A stretch of DNA of 62,454 bases, filler included, from Sphacelaria rigidula (lineage: Eukaryota): NCBI GenBank assembly GCA_964200075.2. It is 10 parts of 10 records of this genome, joined end to end, with 100 filler letters (N's around TTAATTAATTAA, not from the genome) between each part and the next. Parts side by side here need not be neighbours in the genome. Positions count along the whole stretch, not along the records: positions 1 to 6,156 come from CAXNAA020021888.1; positions 6,257 to 12,412 come from CAXNAA020021889.1; 8 more parts are not named here. One strand, written 5' to 3'. Numbering within the stretch: position 1 is the stretch's first letter; every line of letters begins with the position of its first letter. Under the pieces are notes generated by a model. The model was not told where the DNA came from, did not search any database, and saw nothing but the letters and a program-made list of their open reading frames with translations. A program made the translations under genes and the position numbers. Of this stretch, positions 1 through 10,860 are shown piece after piece.

Positions 1-202
1 ACGGATTTTTGTTCAGCGGCCAATCTCGAAACCTCGGAGCCAAGCGAATCTGAAAAGCAGAGTAGGCTCCTCTCTGTGGGATGATGCAAAGTGTCCGAGA
101 CGTGGGTTGGCGGTTTTCTTGGTCTGGGGGTCAAAAGGAAGGTCAAACGTCTCAAAAGTGACAATCCGTGGGCCAAAAATCTGTTTGCCATAACATCCGG
201 CC

Positions 203-555
203 TGAGAACCCGGAGAATTAAAATCTTCGTATCCACACCAAATCTTCGAAATACGGTTCCATTTCTTCACTTGCTGGTGGCCACTGACAACTTCTACGCG
301 CCATACAAATTTGGATGTCGATAACCGTAATGTTGGAGTCTTATAATAGGTGGAAAACCAATTTTGGGGTCCGATCGGATCACCAAAATTCCCCGGAATT
401 GGTTTTTCACCTACTTGGAACTTAACAGTTCGGTTTTCGAAATCCAAATTCGTATGTCGTGTAGAAGTTGTCAATAGCTACCAGCAAGTGAAGAAATGGA
501 ACCATTTTTCGAAGATTTGGTGTGGATACGAAGATTTTAATTCTCCGGGTTCTCA
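203..555. mobile_element. Foldback/MITE-like long inverted repeat
   Basis: TGAGAACCCGGAGAATTAAAATCTTCGTATCCACACCAAATCTTCGAAA... from 203 is the reverse complement of ...TTTCGAAGATTTGGTGTGGATACGAAGATTTTAATTCTCCGGGTTCTCA ending at 555. Arms are about 160 bp and imperfect; no TSD identified. Confidence 0.7.
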
Positions 556-747
556 TCCCCAATAAAAAATCCATCCTCAATTTGTACAATCCCGTTCTGT
601 AACATCGGAAACGAGACAGCTCCACGTGTACCCTGGGAGAGCAGCTTCGTCGAATTTCGAGTGACTACAAGACGGACGGGTATGAAGTAAAATGCTTTTG
701 TAAGTAGTCCAGCGCACACTATGAATCAATGTCGTCATGCTTGGATC

Positions 748-935
748 CAGTGGGCTTTGAAGAAGGTTTCGGCGAGACACCCCCACGAAGCAAGCTTTAT
801 GGGAAATTTTGGTGGGCTTCAGAAAAAGTTTCGGCAAGACACACGAACGAAGAAGAGCTTCATGGGACATTCCAGTGGGCTCTACGGGAAACGTTTCGGC
901 AAGACATACAAACGAAGCCAAGATTCATGGGGCAT
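748..935. repeat. Degenerate tandem repeat, about 62-bp unit, about 3 copies
   Basis: Recurring GTGGGCT...GTTTCGGC(A/G)AGACAC...ACGAAG...ATGGG. Confidence 0.6.
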
Positions 936-1311
936 GATGGAAGTTTGCTTTTCTCGGTGTATATTGGCGGTCACCTTTATTGGGCTCTTATATACCCGCA
1001 ACTTGCTCACAATGCCAACATTTTCCGATCACCAATTGAATCACGTACTCATGATCTTGCATGCCATATTCATACGAACATTGACCTTGCATCCCTACAG
1101 AAGCCGGGGTGGAGCACGCCGGGCTTTTGCCGGACCAGGCTCGTATTAAATCGTGTGGGGGGCATTAACCAACGCCAGGAAGTATAATATTCGCCAGACA
1201 AAAGATTGCGAGGGTGTCCCTCACTATACCTACAAGTAGTGTTGAAAACACTGTTAACTAATGGATGCAAACAACAACGTTGAGGCACACCGATCGAAAT
1301 CCTGGGTACGC

Positions 1312-1934
1312 TCAATGTGCTACTGTCGCGGCTCCATATGCAACAACAATATCTGGATCTATCTCAACATTTAGTCGATCAACAAGGAGGTGTTCCTTCA
1401 GCAACTCTCGCACGCGCGGTGTTCGCGTCATCCCCCCAACCATGACAACTTCATCAATATCATCCGGGGTAAGATCTAGGCGATCAAGAAGGCGAGACAC
1501 GGGAGCCAAACCACGACTAAATAGTGATGTGCACTGCTGCTCGTACTCAGTTCTTGTAAGCTCCAAATTCGAAGGTTCCCACAATCCACAGTCTTGCGCT
1601 CTACCCCGCTGTGGGCCGTTGGCTTCGGCTGTTGTTCTCAAGCCGCCCCCTCCCGCAAATTCCTCTGAATTTGTGTCTGTCGTTTCTGACCGTAAGCTTC
1701 TTCGCTGCCGGCTGGCAGATTTATCGTCTAAGAATGACATACACGTGACCCTTGACGTCTCGCTGTCCGTTAGCTGTCGGCGTGTCGCTTCACTCAGGGG
1801 GTAGAGGTTATGAAGAGCACACGTGGGCGTGTCAAAGTGGCACGGAATAGCATCCGCAGCATCCTCCAGCGTGACCAAGCTCCCTTGCAGCTTGTCCGCC
1901 AAAACATGGGCGACGCACTGATCGAAATCAGAAC
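1312..1934 (-). CDS. Hsp70-family protein (HSPA13/STCH-like), terminal exon
   Basis: Acceptor gaacag|GT TCT GAT TTC GAT (G|GSDFD). Motifs DIDEVVMVGGMTRTPRVRELL and EIDPDIVVAYGAA; stop at 1312-1314. Confidence 0.9.
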
Positions 1935-2177
1935 CTGTTCGTAGACATGAAGCAGGAGCTCATCATACACAGTTTTCTATGCTGGAGACAACGTAACCTC
2001 GGCAGAAGTTATGGTTTGGAGTAACCTTGGGCACACAAATCGCTTACACCAACCCCAGTATTGCATTGCCGTGGGAAATCAAAACTAGTGCAATTTTGCA
2101 CGACGTAAAATCATAGCAAGTATACGAGTAACACAAAGGTGCATCATAGCACCGGCAATCTGTGCTTTAGCCCTTAC

Positions 2178-2358
2178 CGCCCAGATTGTCATCTCCGTCG
2201 CTGCCGATGACCTCCACCGACCCGTCGTTGACAAATAAAAGTGAAACATCAAGTGTTCCACCTCCCAAGTCGTATACGAGAATGTGGTTCACGTTCGATT
2301 TTCGGTGCAGACCGAACGCCAGAGCTGCCGCTGTTGGTTCCTCGAGTGTCCGGATCAC
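2178..2358 (-). CDS. Hsp70-family protein, internal exon
   Basis: [17 protein letters not shown]...[16 protein letters not shown]...GDDNLG. Acceptor ctgcag, donor gtaagg; splice phase 1 matches the 1312-1934 exon. Confidence 0.92.
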
Positions 2359-4220
2359 CTGCAGCAAACAAGAAAGATAGGCTCGCCTCTTTACGGACAT
2401 TTGCTCGCCTCTTCACGGACATTCTCTAGCATGCTCCCTCTTTATCATCGGCGAGACCAGATAGAGCTGTTCTTGAATTAATATGTTACGAGAGGGAATG
2501 CGCATTGAATCATTTTGGTTCACTTCGTGTGTGAAGGTGACGGAGAGTGGCCCACGCGACCTAAGCCTTAGCCCTTCAGGCACGTAGGGCTGAGCTGTGT
2601 TTTGAAGGTCACTCGATGTGTCCCTCGCTGACTGTAGGTCGAGACACAAATCACAACTTGGCGTGGTTCAGATGTGGTTCTATTTAGGAGTTCCCATTGA
2701 ATTCCGGCGTAAGTCCCCACGATAAAGATGGCAACAGATGAGATCTATGGCGGGTGACTATGTTTCAAAGAATGAATCTTGCGAATGTGACTCGACTTCA
2801 TCTGACTCTACAAAATTGAAGGCAAAACACAGAGCACTACACATTCGTCCTACTCCTGCGTTCACGTGACACCGACATACTATTCTCCCCAGCTTCACGT
2901 TGTCTACGACGAAGACACAACTACGCTGCTACTCTAATCTGATTAAAACACTATGAAATCAGTCGACGCCTATGAAAATGTTTAGAGCATGATCCAGAGC
3001 AACGAGTTCGATGTTGAACCAAGCTGGTTCGCCCAAGGGACGCAAGGATCGTTCAACAAAACTCTATTCGGCACGTAAAAATAGAAGTGGTGGCTCAAAA
3101 ACATCCACTCGATGAGCAAGCAACATGAACACAATGCCGTGGCTTGATTTGCCCTACGACATTTTCCCCCATTGCGACACAGAAAATTGTACTTCTGAGC
3201 CCGAAATCAATCGTTTTGCCTTGATTTGCACCAAAATGGTCATATTCCAAGTATGGAAATCTTGTGCAGTACATGAACCCCACAAAAGTACATCTGCACA
3301 AACACCCTCACACGTGAAAACACGCAGGTACAAAACACGTGCTGCGTGCGCTGTTGTCGCAGTGCGGTGAAGACCAGTGAAGTACAGTACACAGTGCAGT
3401 CAGTCGTGTGAATCTTGTTTTTCAAGTGCGAGATCAAACTGGCAAATTATCATTCGAAAGCATTCACTGCAACCACCGAGATCAACATCCCCACCGAGGG
3501 GCCCCACATCGGGATATCCATGCACCACCCCCTCTTTCGCCGCACAAACCTTATTCTGGGGGTGGAGGAGGGGGGGGGGGAGGGGTACACGATTTTATGA
3601 GGGGGGTACCCCCTGATCACTGGATGATGGCGATAGTAGTTGCTGTACTGCACCGCATGTATTTGCCGGTAACGTCGGCCTGCGCCGGGTGTACCGAAAC
3701 GGTAGGTGGTACTGTAGGGGTAAGTCGAAGCAAGTAGAGAATAACATGTCCGCAGAAGCAGGGAGTGAAGATCAAAGCGCTGAGGGTACCGGCGCTGGAA
3801 CTATGCCGCAGATTCCAGAGGTCTTGCAAGGGGTGAACGTGAAGTGGGCACGCACGCCTGGCACCTAGGAGTTTGCATGGATCTGCCCTTGCGGGCATAA
3901 TTTAACAACGTATGTATATCACGTGAAATACATTTCATGACTGCGGCTACCTCGATGCTGGATATTCTTTTTCGCAACACCACGGCCATAAAATTCCCCT
4001 TCGCAACCTCTCCCTCTCTTGTGTCGCAGTGCAGTATGAATTGCGACATGTACATATCGGCGTTGTACGAACACGGCTGTCTGCCTAAACGCGGGCAGAG
4101 TACGTGATTCTGTGCAACTCACACATTGTGCACGTCTATAATATCAGAACATTTTCGTATCGGCTGGTGACACCACACAGTCAACTTACTGCATGTACGT
4201 TTCGGTCACTCAGTAGAGCC

Positions 4221-4468
4221 GGTCGCCCCGGTGGCTCAGTTGGTAACCTCGAAACCTCTTAACAGTTGGGTCGTGGGTTCTCGGAGCGATCTGGGATTTT
4301 TTCTCACACAATGCTCAACAGTGGAGAGCGACTATGTCGTGGGTACACGAAATTCGACCTAACGGTCGACGAGAGAAAGGGACTGCTAAATCCCTCTCGC
4401 AATAAAAAATGAAGGCCTGCACCGCAGAAGGACGGTGGGGTACTAAAAACAAATGAAAAAGAAAAAGA
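4221..4468 (+). mobile_element. tRNA-derived SINE, family A, copy 1
   Basis: Pol III A box TGGCTCAGTTGG at 4232, degenerate B box, a body shared with the copy at 5976 (GGGATTTTTTCTCACACAATG...GAGCGACTATGTCGTGGGTACAC...GGTCGACGAG...GGGACTGCT) and an A-rich tail. Confidence 0.75.
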
Positions 4469-5463
4469 TCCTGTGTTGACCTTCCTGTGTGACCCCGGCT
4501 GGTGCGCCCACATGTACCGAAAGGTGTAGATCGGCGCCCAGAATAGATGAGATGGCAACACACCCAACACAACACAGCGGCAGTACAGAACTGTTCGTCG
4601 TGCACCGCCCTCCTTAGCATGGCGGCCGTATCACTGCGATTGTGCCAGGGCGGTAACAACCGGTCTTGCAAAAGCCAGCGGGTCTCGGCATTGATGATCC
4701 AGTGATCACCGCGACTCAAAAGTCATTTTCCAGCCGGCGAATTGCTCACCGATCGCCACAAGAACAACTGACACACCAAAACTCCTCGGTTTTGGGCTGC
4801 TCACGTTGAGACGAACCTGGAGATATCTAAATGATCGTTGAATTCCGTATACTAGTGGAGAAATAGGAATAATAAGGTTTTCCCCAAATGGATTTGGCAT
4901 TTTCCTCATTCTCGACCGCGGGTAGGGGGGGAGCGGTGGTGCATGGATTTCCCGATATGGGGCCCCTCGCTTGACATGCAGTACACAGGGTGAATAACAG
5001 TGGTGGAGTACATCTATCCTTACCCTAATCCAGAAAGTCCCAGGAAAGTCCACGTTATTGCGGCAACATATCGTCCCTCCGTGTGTTTCCTGGAGTGTTC
5101 TTGTGGAAAAGATGTCCCGTCATCACCTCGGGCCTTCGTCCATCTCTGTCAACCGATAATACTGCCATACACCGTGGGTATTGCAGACTATAGGTGTGCC
5201 CTCTCCCCGCCCCCTTCACTTGCCCTTTTGCACCCAAAGCCACCTTTACACACACACAGGGGGTCATCGCCCACTTCTGTCACCGGAGAATTGTCATACG
5301 CCGAAGATGGTGCAGACCATAACCCTGCCCCATACCCGTCACTTCTTCTTCGCACCCGAGTCCACGTCTACACCCACACACTGAAGTATGACACACAATC
5401 TCGCGCCTCCCCCCGTACCTCGGGGGTTGTTACGTCAAAGATCGATGCGTTCTTGCAGCAATG

Positions 5464-5464
5464 C

Positions 5465-5527
<63 letters not shown>

Positions 5528-5536
5528 AACAACAAT
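5464..5536. repeat. (CAA)n microsatellite
   Basis: About 24 CAA/AAC units; source of the spurious poly-N and poly-C ORFs. Confidence 0.95.
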
Positions 5537-5975
5537 TAAGTTGTCCAGTTGATGCTGAGGTCCAATTCCACTGCCATTGGTTCAATGTCATGGGCCAGGG
5601 GGGAAGTGCCGTCCAATCAATCGTGTTGCTCAGAATCCTCGCCCTTACCACTGACGTGCTGCACCGGATCCCTCTCCTCCATCCCAGCTCGCACCACCGG
5701 GATTGTTGTCAGGATCTTGAAACAGCTCGTGCTGAAAACATGACGAGAGAACGACAAGTTTCGAGAGATAGACGAAGGGTTATGCATGGACGCTATCATA
5801 ACACACTGTTCACTTGAACCGATCGCAACGAGTGATCACAGGGTGTAGAAAGTTTCAAAACAGAGACAAACGGCTCGAGCTCATGTGTACAACGGAGAAC
5901 CACAGCTCAGAAGATATAGATCATATCGTCTTGCGGCTCAAAAATGCGGCAAGGGGTTTTGGTGACGCCTTACGT

Positions 5976-6156
5976 GGTCAGCGCGGTGGCTCAGTTGGTA
6001 ACCTCGATACTCTCTGACGGTTGGGTCGAGAGTTCGAATCTTGGAATTAACTGGGATTTTTTCTCACACAATGTCCAACAGTGGTGAGCGACTATGTCGT
6101 GGGTACACAAAATTCGACTTAATGGTCGACGAGGGAAAGGGACTGCTGAACCCCTC
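5976..6156 (+). mobile_element. tRNA-derived SINE, family A, copy 2 (truncated by contig end)
   Basis: A box TGGCTCAGTTGG, B box GTTCGAATC, body homologous to 4221-4400. Confidence 0.75.
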
Positions 6157-6256
6157 NNNNNNNNNNNNNNNNNNNNNNNNNNNNNNNNNNNNNNNNNNNN
6201 TTAATTAATTAANNNNNNNNNNNNNNNNNNNNNNNNNNNNNNNNNNNNNNNNNNNN
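6157..6256. other. Artificial contig linker (N44-TTAATTAATTAA-N44), first of nine
   Basis: Identical 100-bp linkers at 6157-6256, 12413-12512, 18669-18768, 24925-25024, 31181-31280, 37436-37535, 43691-43790, 49946-50045 and 56201-56300. The segments between them are 6156 (x5), 6155 (x4) and 6154 bp, so these are size-sorted unplaced contigs. Confidence 0.98.
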
Positions 6257-6699
6257 CACTACTGCTTATACTGTGGTCTTGTGTGTACGGTCAGTGCGGT
6301 CCTGTCCCCACAAGTCTTAGGTGCGTGGGCAGTCTGTACTGCATCGCGAGTGCTGTTCGCATCACGCTGCATGCACAGACCTGAAATGCTAGCCATAATA
6401 CTGTCTGTGCAAACTACACATAGAGTGTACAGCACTCGTCATTGACCCTGTCCTGTGCTGTTCTCATGGGGTAAAGAGCTACCATGATACCGGCGAGCGA
6501 AAGTCAATGAAGCAACACGCTGACTACCCGCGAGCACCAGCGACAGCAGTGGTGATGGCAGCCAAGCCACCCATGGCTGCTGTCGTGGGCTGGAGGATGT
6601 GTTGGCGTGCGGCGGGATCTCAAACGCGTTTTCTGATCACATAGGAAGCGGGTTATCAGAAAACGCGTTTTTTTGGAAAGTTTTTTTCATGCATGATAG

Positions 6700-7040
6700 G
6701 TAGCCGACGGGTCACCGTCAGCGTCACGTACACGGAAACATCACGCGTTGAACGGCACGTTACAACGCCTTCAACACTGGTGAATGAGCCACGACATGCA
6801 CAGAATGAAACGTTACATTCGAACGTTACACGTGTCAACGTAACGTTATATTAAACGTTACACGTGAAATTGAAACGTTTCATATTAAGTTACATGTAAC
6901 GAAACGTAACGTTAATTTTTTTTTACGTGATGAACGTAACGTTAAATTTTCACATGAAACGTTAACGTAACGTTCAAATTCATTTAACGTGACATCCGTA
7001 ACGTAACGTGAACGTGTAACGTGTAACGTGTAGACCCCTG
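6700..7040. repeat. ACGT/TAACGTTA-rich subterminal-like repeat, possibly the end of a non-autonomous hAT-like element
   Basis: Dense GTAACGTTAC/ACGTGTAAC motifs ending in TAGACCCCTG at 7040 (CAGGGGTCTA on the minus strand). The partner terminus was not found. Confidence 0.4.
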
Positions 7041-7876
7041 GAAAAATTGAAAAATGCAAACGCTTGAATTCGAAAAAAACGTCTTGTGCCCGAAGAAGGA
7101 CCGAAATACACAGAAAAAAAAAAATCAAGTGGATTGACCAATCGACAAACGTTCCACACCTTGGACATTCAATACATGATCAATATATGCAATAGACAAA
7201 AAATGTACTGCATCAAGTATAGGTATATTGCAACTGTCGGCCGGCAATAAATAGGTGCAATAGACCTATACTTTAGGCAGTACACTTTGTCTATTGCATA
7301 TTTTGACCGTGTAACACCGAAACGAAGGCACAACATGCTATGAGCTGGGACGCCGAAGTGTTCCTATAGACACGGTTGAACAGCTTTACTCTGCCACAGC
7401 TTAGAAGCTGGGAGCTCAAATATAATCAATCAAGAAATGCTTGTTGGGATATGATTTTTATTTTTTGGGCTCGGGGAAAACAATATATTGTCCAGGGTGT
7501 AAACGTTTCCGACGAACATATGCGCATGAAATAATTCATCTCTATATATACATATGTATACAGGTACGCGTATGGAAGAGGCCGGCCGACAACGTGCGAT
7601 TAAACAGGAGATTTGGGGAAAGGAGGGAGGAGATGGAAGAATGCGTAACCAGCTGACACCGAACTGAACATGGCAGAAGTGGCAGGACTCCCATTATCTC
7701 CCCTTGTATTATTTTCTACTAACTGCTGACTCCACCGCATCCTTCCCCCCGAGGTGGTGTGTGTTGTTATGTGGTGATGGGGCCTGCCTCCAGTAGCGCG
7801 AATGGTCGCATATGACATCGGAACTTACAGGGCTAGCAGTAAAATAGTCCTTTTCCCCCTCTTTTCTTCTTTTTTA

Positions 7877-8355
7877 GGCCGCTCCTTGTAAAAGACAAGA
7901 ATAAAAATCTGGAAAAGTGCCTTTTTGGAGCTTTTCCGTCGTTTTACGCCCCAAAAGAGAGCTAGGCGGAGTTTGACACCCTGGAATGACTTGCTTTACT
8001 AGTTGAGGCGGTTCCACGACATCTTTCCGCTTTCCGGTGGCCGCAGTTTTGTATTTCGGCCGATTTTTTTTTTTTGTCCAAGAACGGTAAAAACAGCCAA
8101 GTCCAGAGAAAAGTGGTGATTTTTCCTAGATTTGACTGTGTTTACCGTTCTTGAACAAAATTTCTTGTTCGGCCAAAATACAAAACTGCGGCCACCGGAA
8201 AACGGGAAGATGTCCTGGAACCGCCCAAACTAGTAAAGCAAGTCATTCCAAGGTGTCACACCCCGCCTAGCTCTCTTATGGGGCGTAAAACGACGTAAAA
8301 GCTCCAAAAAGGCACTTTTCCAGATTCTTGTTTTTGTCTGTTACAAGGAGCGGCC
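7877..8355. mobile_element. PIF/Harbinger (Tourist-like) foldback MITE
   Basis: 479-bp near-complete hairpin with termini GGCCGCTCCTTGTAA...TTACAAGGAGCGGCC, flanked by TTA at 7874-7876 and 8356-8358 (3-bp TSD). Confidence 0.8.
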
Positions 8356-9703
8356 TTAGTATTTCTATTTAATTGATGTTTTTTATACTTTGTATCGCAT
8401 ATGTGTGAATTGTTCTTGGGTTCGATTTATTTTATGATTTAATATTTTAACCTAGCTTTGGGGTAGTTAGCCTGTGACCACGGAATGCGTCCGCATCAGA
8501 TGTCCTGTACAGAGTACTGCGCAGATATCGGAACGGTTTTTAATGTGAAGACAACAACAGTATGGACCATACAACACACCACACACTGGACAACAGATTA
8601 CATTGTCAAAAAATGTCCTGCGTAGGCTATGGGATATACCGTCTATTGCAAGGGACGCAATAGTCGATACTGTACGCAGCACAGTTTTGATGGTGTGATG
8701 TATTGCCATTATCCAGGGTGTGAAAATGATTATACACAGAGGTGGATCCATTTTAGACGACATAGCGACAAAACAAAGATTACCCGCCTTAGCCGTAATT
8801 CCCCCCCTCTCCCGCCCCTGCTCTAGTTCGAAACAAGACGAGTGGATTCCCGCTATACGTACTGCGGGTCTTAGCACTAAAGGCGACTGCAAAGAAACGA
8901 TGACGATCATGTCTAACAGATGAAAAGATTTTTGTACGTGAGTGTGACACGTGCAAAGCAGAGAGCCCCACAGTCCATCCCAGCGTATGAATAATATGCC
9001 GTGGTATGTCATTTTTTGTGGTTGTGACGCCTTTTCTTGCCAATTGCCATTATATGAGATATAATACTCCGGTAAACGAAGATATTCCTTTTTTTATGGC
9101 GATAAGAAGAGTGATTTTTTTCTTGTTACTCCCCTGCTTTGAATTACACCGACAACAAAGGTGCCTTTAGTGCCGACCCATCACTTAAGAAAAGAAGCAT
9201 CTATCACGTGCTGCCGCCTTGTAATATATGATTTTTCGACTGTATTGCCAGCCGTGGATCCGCACGAGCAGCGATCAGAACGACCCTCACCTTTACACGA
9301 GAGCCACGTTTCGAATTGATCGAAATCTAGGGACGCGATCACCCCGATCGATGAACAAATGCGCCGAAAAAACAGCAATGGGTCGAAACAAAAAAAAGAA
9401 GACGAAAAAGAATCCGAGGGAACAAGTCATGACCTCGTAAAAAAAAAGTGAGACCAATCAAGATTTTACCCCGTGGGTAATAACCAAGCACAGCCAGCCC
9501 CAACAAACTCTGATAAATCCGTCTGGCGCACAATCAAAGGTGATAACCAAAATCCGACGGAAACAAGGACGGCACGGAACGAAACGGAACAAAACGAGAG
9601 AACACATTGTTTAACCGCCGAAAAAACAATTGATCGACGGCTCTCCAATTCCGTCCATCCGCCCGTCTCCCTCTCTCTTATTTGTCACGGCGTCCTTCCT
9701 TAC

Positions 9704-9867
9704 CCGGCTGCTGTCGTCATTGCTGCGGTTGCCCCAATAGCCCCACGTCGACTCCTATGTCGCCGCTCGAGGGTACTGGCGAAGGTGGCAATGGATAACG
9801 CCTCCTCAATTAGATCGCTGCGAACACACGCGTCCATTAATTGCGGCACCTCAAGCAGCTCCACCAG
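9704..9867 (-). CDS. COG8: Conserved oligomeric Golgi complex subunit 8 (Dor1), internal exon
   Basis: LVELLEVPQLMDACVRSDLIEEALSI matches the Dor1/COG8 LLE(I/V)PQLMD.C.R motif. Acceptor cacag, donor gtaagg. Confidence 0.88.
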
Positions 9868-10223
9868 CTGTGCCGTTTTGATTGGATAACACGAGAAAAG
9901 ACACACACACACACATGTACACACAAGGAGGACAAATAATAAACTACGACAGGACCCAACGTGGTGGCGCTGTGGGGAGCGGGAAGAGAAAGATTGGGGA
10001 GAGGAAGGGTATGAAAGGGGTGAATATTCATCATCTTCAGCCTATTGTTGTATCAAGAATACATGCCCTACGTGTGTCCGGCGTTCACATAAATCCTGAA
10101 ACGCAAAATTTCCTTTGCGCTTCAAGATCGCATGACTTTACCCTCCACAAACCAGCTCATTTCTTGTTTTTGAAGACACTAAGCGCGTGCTCTACTTGCT
10201 TGCGGCAATGTTCTCATCATTAC

Positions 10224-10445
10224 CTGCATGTGGTGCTTGAGGGTTTGTCTGTTACGCTTGTGTCCACCCACGAGCTCGGAGGCCTCCCTCTGGAAAACCG
10301 AAAACTCGGATCCCAAGCCATGGACCTCAGAAAGAAGCGCGGACAGGTGCTCGTCCATCTGTTGACCTTGCGCCCTCACGTGCCGGACACACTCCTGATT
10401 CTGGATGAAGACTCGGTAGTGGTCCAGGCTCAGTGAATGTAGGGC
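10224..10445 (-). CDS. COG8: COG8, upstream internal exon
   Basis: ALHSLSLDHYRVFIQNQECVRHV...RNRQTLKHHMQ. Acceptor acgcag, donor gtaatg; phase 0 joins the 9704-9867 exon. Confidence 0.85.
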
Positions 10446-10546
10446 CTGCGTATTGTGCGTGAGTGTGTTGATGTTTTCGTTCTCAAGTTCCACATGAAAT
10501 TTCGTCACGGTCAGGAATATAAACAAGCGTTTTGATTTCGATCCGA

Positions 10547-10860
10547 TGTGTTGTACATAGCCCCTGCAAGCACCGCGACTGGTGTCACTGAGCTAGCTGA
10601 CCCAAGGGATGAAATTGTTCAACAAGGCAGAGCCTACCTCAACATAGTTAACCCCCCCCCGTCCCTCAGGGGAAAGTTGATCAATTTTCTGCACGTGTTT
10701 TAGTCCGAGGGCTTGCTGTCGGAACGCAAGTGAGCACGATTGAATTGCCACATCCACACGAGCGGCGAGTGCTAAAATGACGCATAGTATCACGTTGTAA
10801 CCCCGAATGCGACATCTAGAGGGCCGGTGGTTTAGGCCAAACTACATCGCCCCCCCCTCC
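10547..10860 (-). mobile_element. Possible polypurine tract and 3' LTR of a decayed LTR retrotransposon
   Basis: Minus strand reads a G-run polypurine tract (10860-10847) directly followed by TGTAGT..., with a candidate ...ACA end near 10547. No partner LTR or recognisable pol. Confidence 0.3.

Noticed and set aside
4221..4290. Functional tRNA genes at 4221, 5976 and 24087
   Set aside because: Cloverleaf stems are broken and the heads run into shared repeat bodies; better explained as SINE heads or pseudo-tRNA.
3496..4968. GAGGGGCCCCA(C/T)ATCGGGA(T/A)ATCCATGCACCACC inverted pair as the TIRs of one 1.5-kb element
   Set aside because: Flanks (CACC versus GCTT) give no TSD; more likely two independent copies of a short repeat.
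5000..5651. Poly-Asn and poly-Cys ORFs
   Set aside because: Products of the (CAA)n microsatellite with no other coding signal.
6201..6212. Regularly spaced palindrome TTAATTAATTAA as a biological repeat
   Set aside because: It sits inside N runs and is a standard six-frame stop linker.
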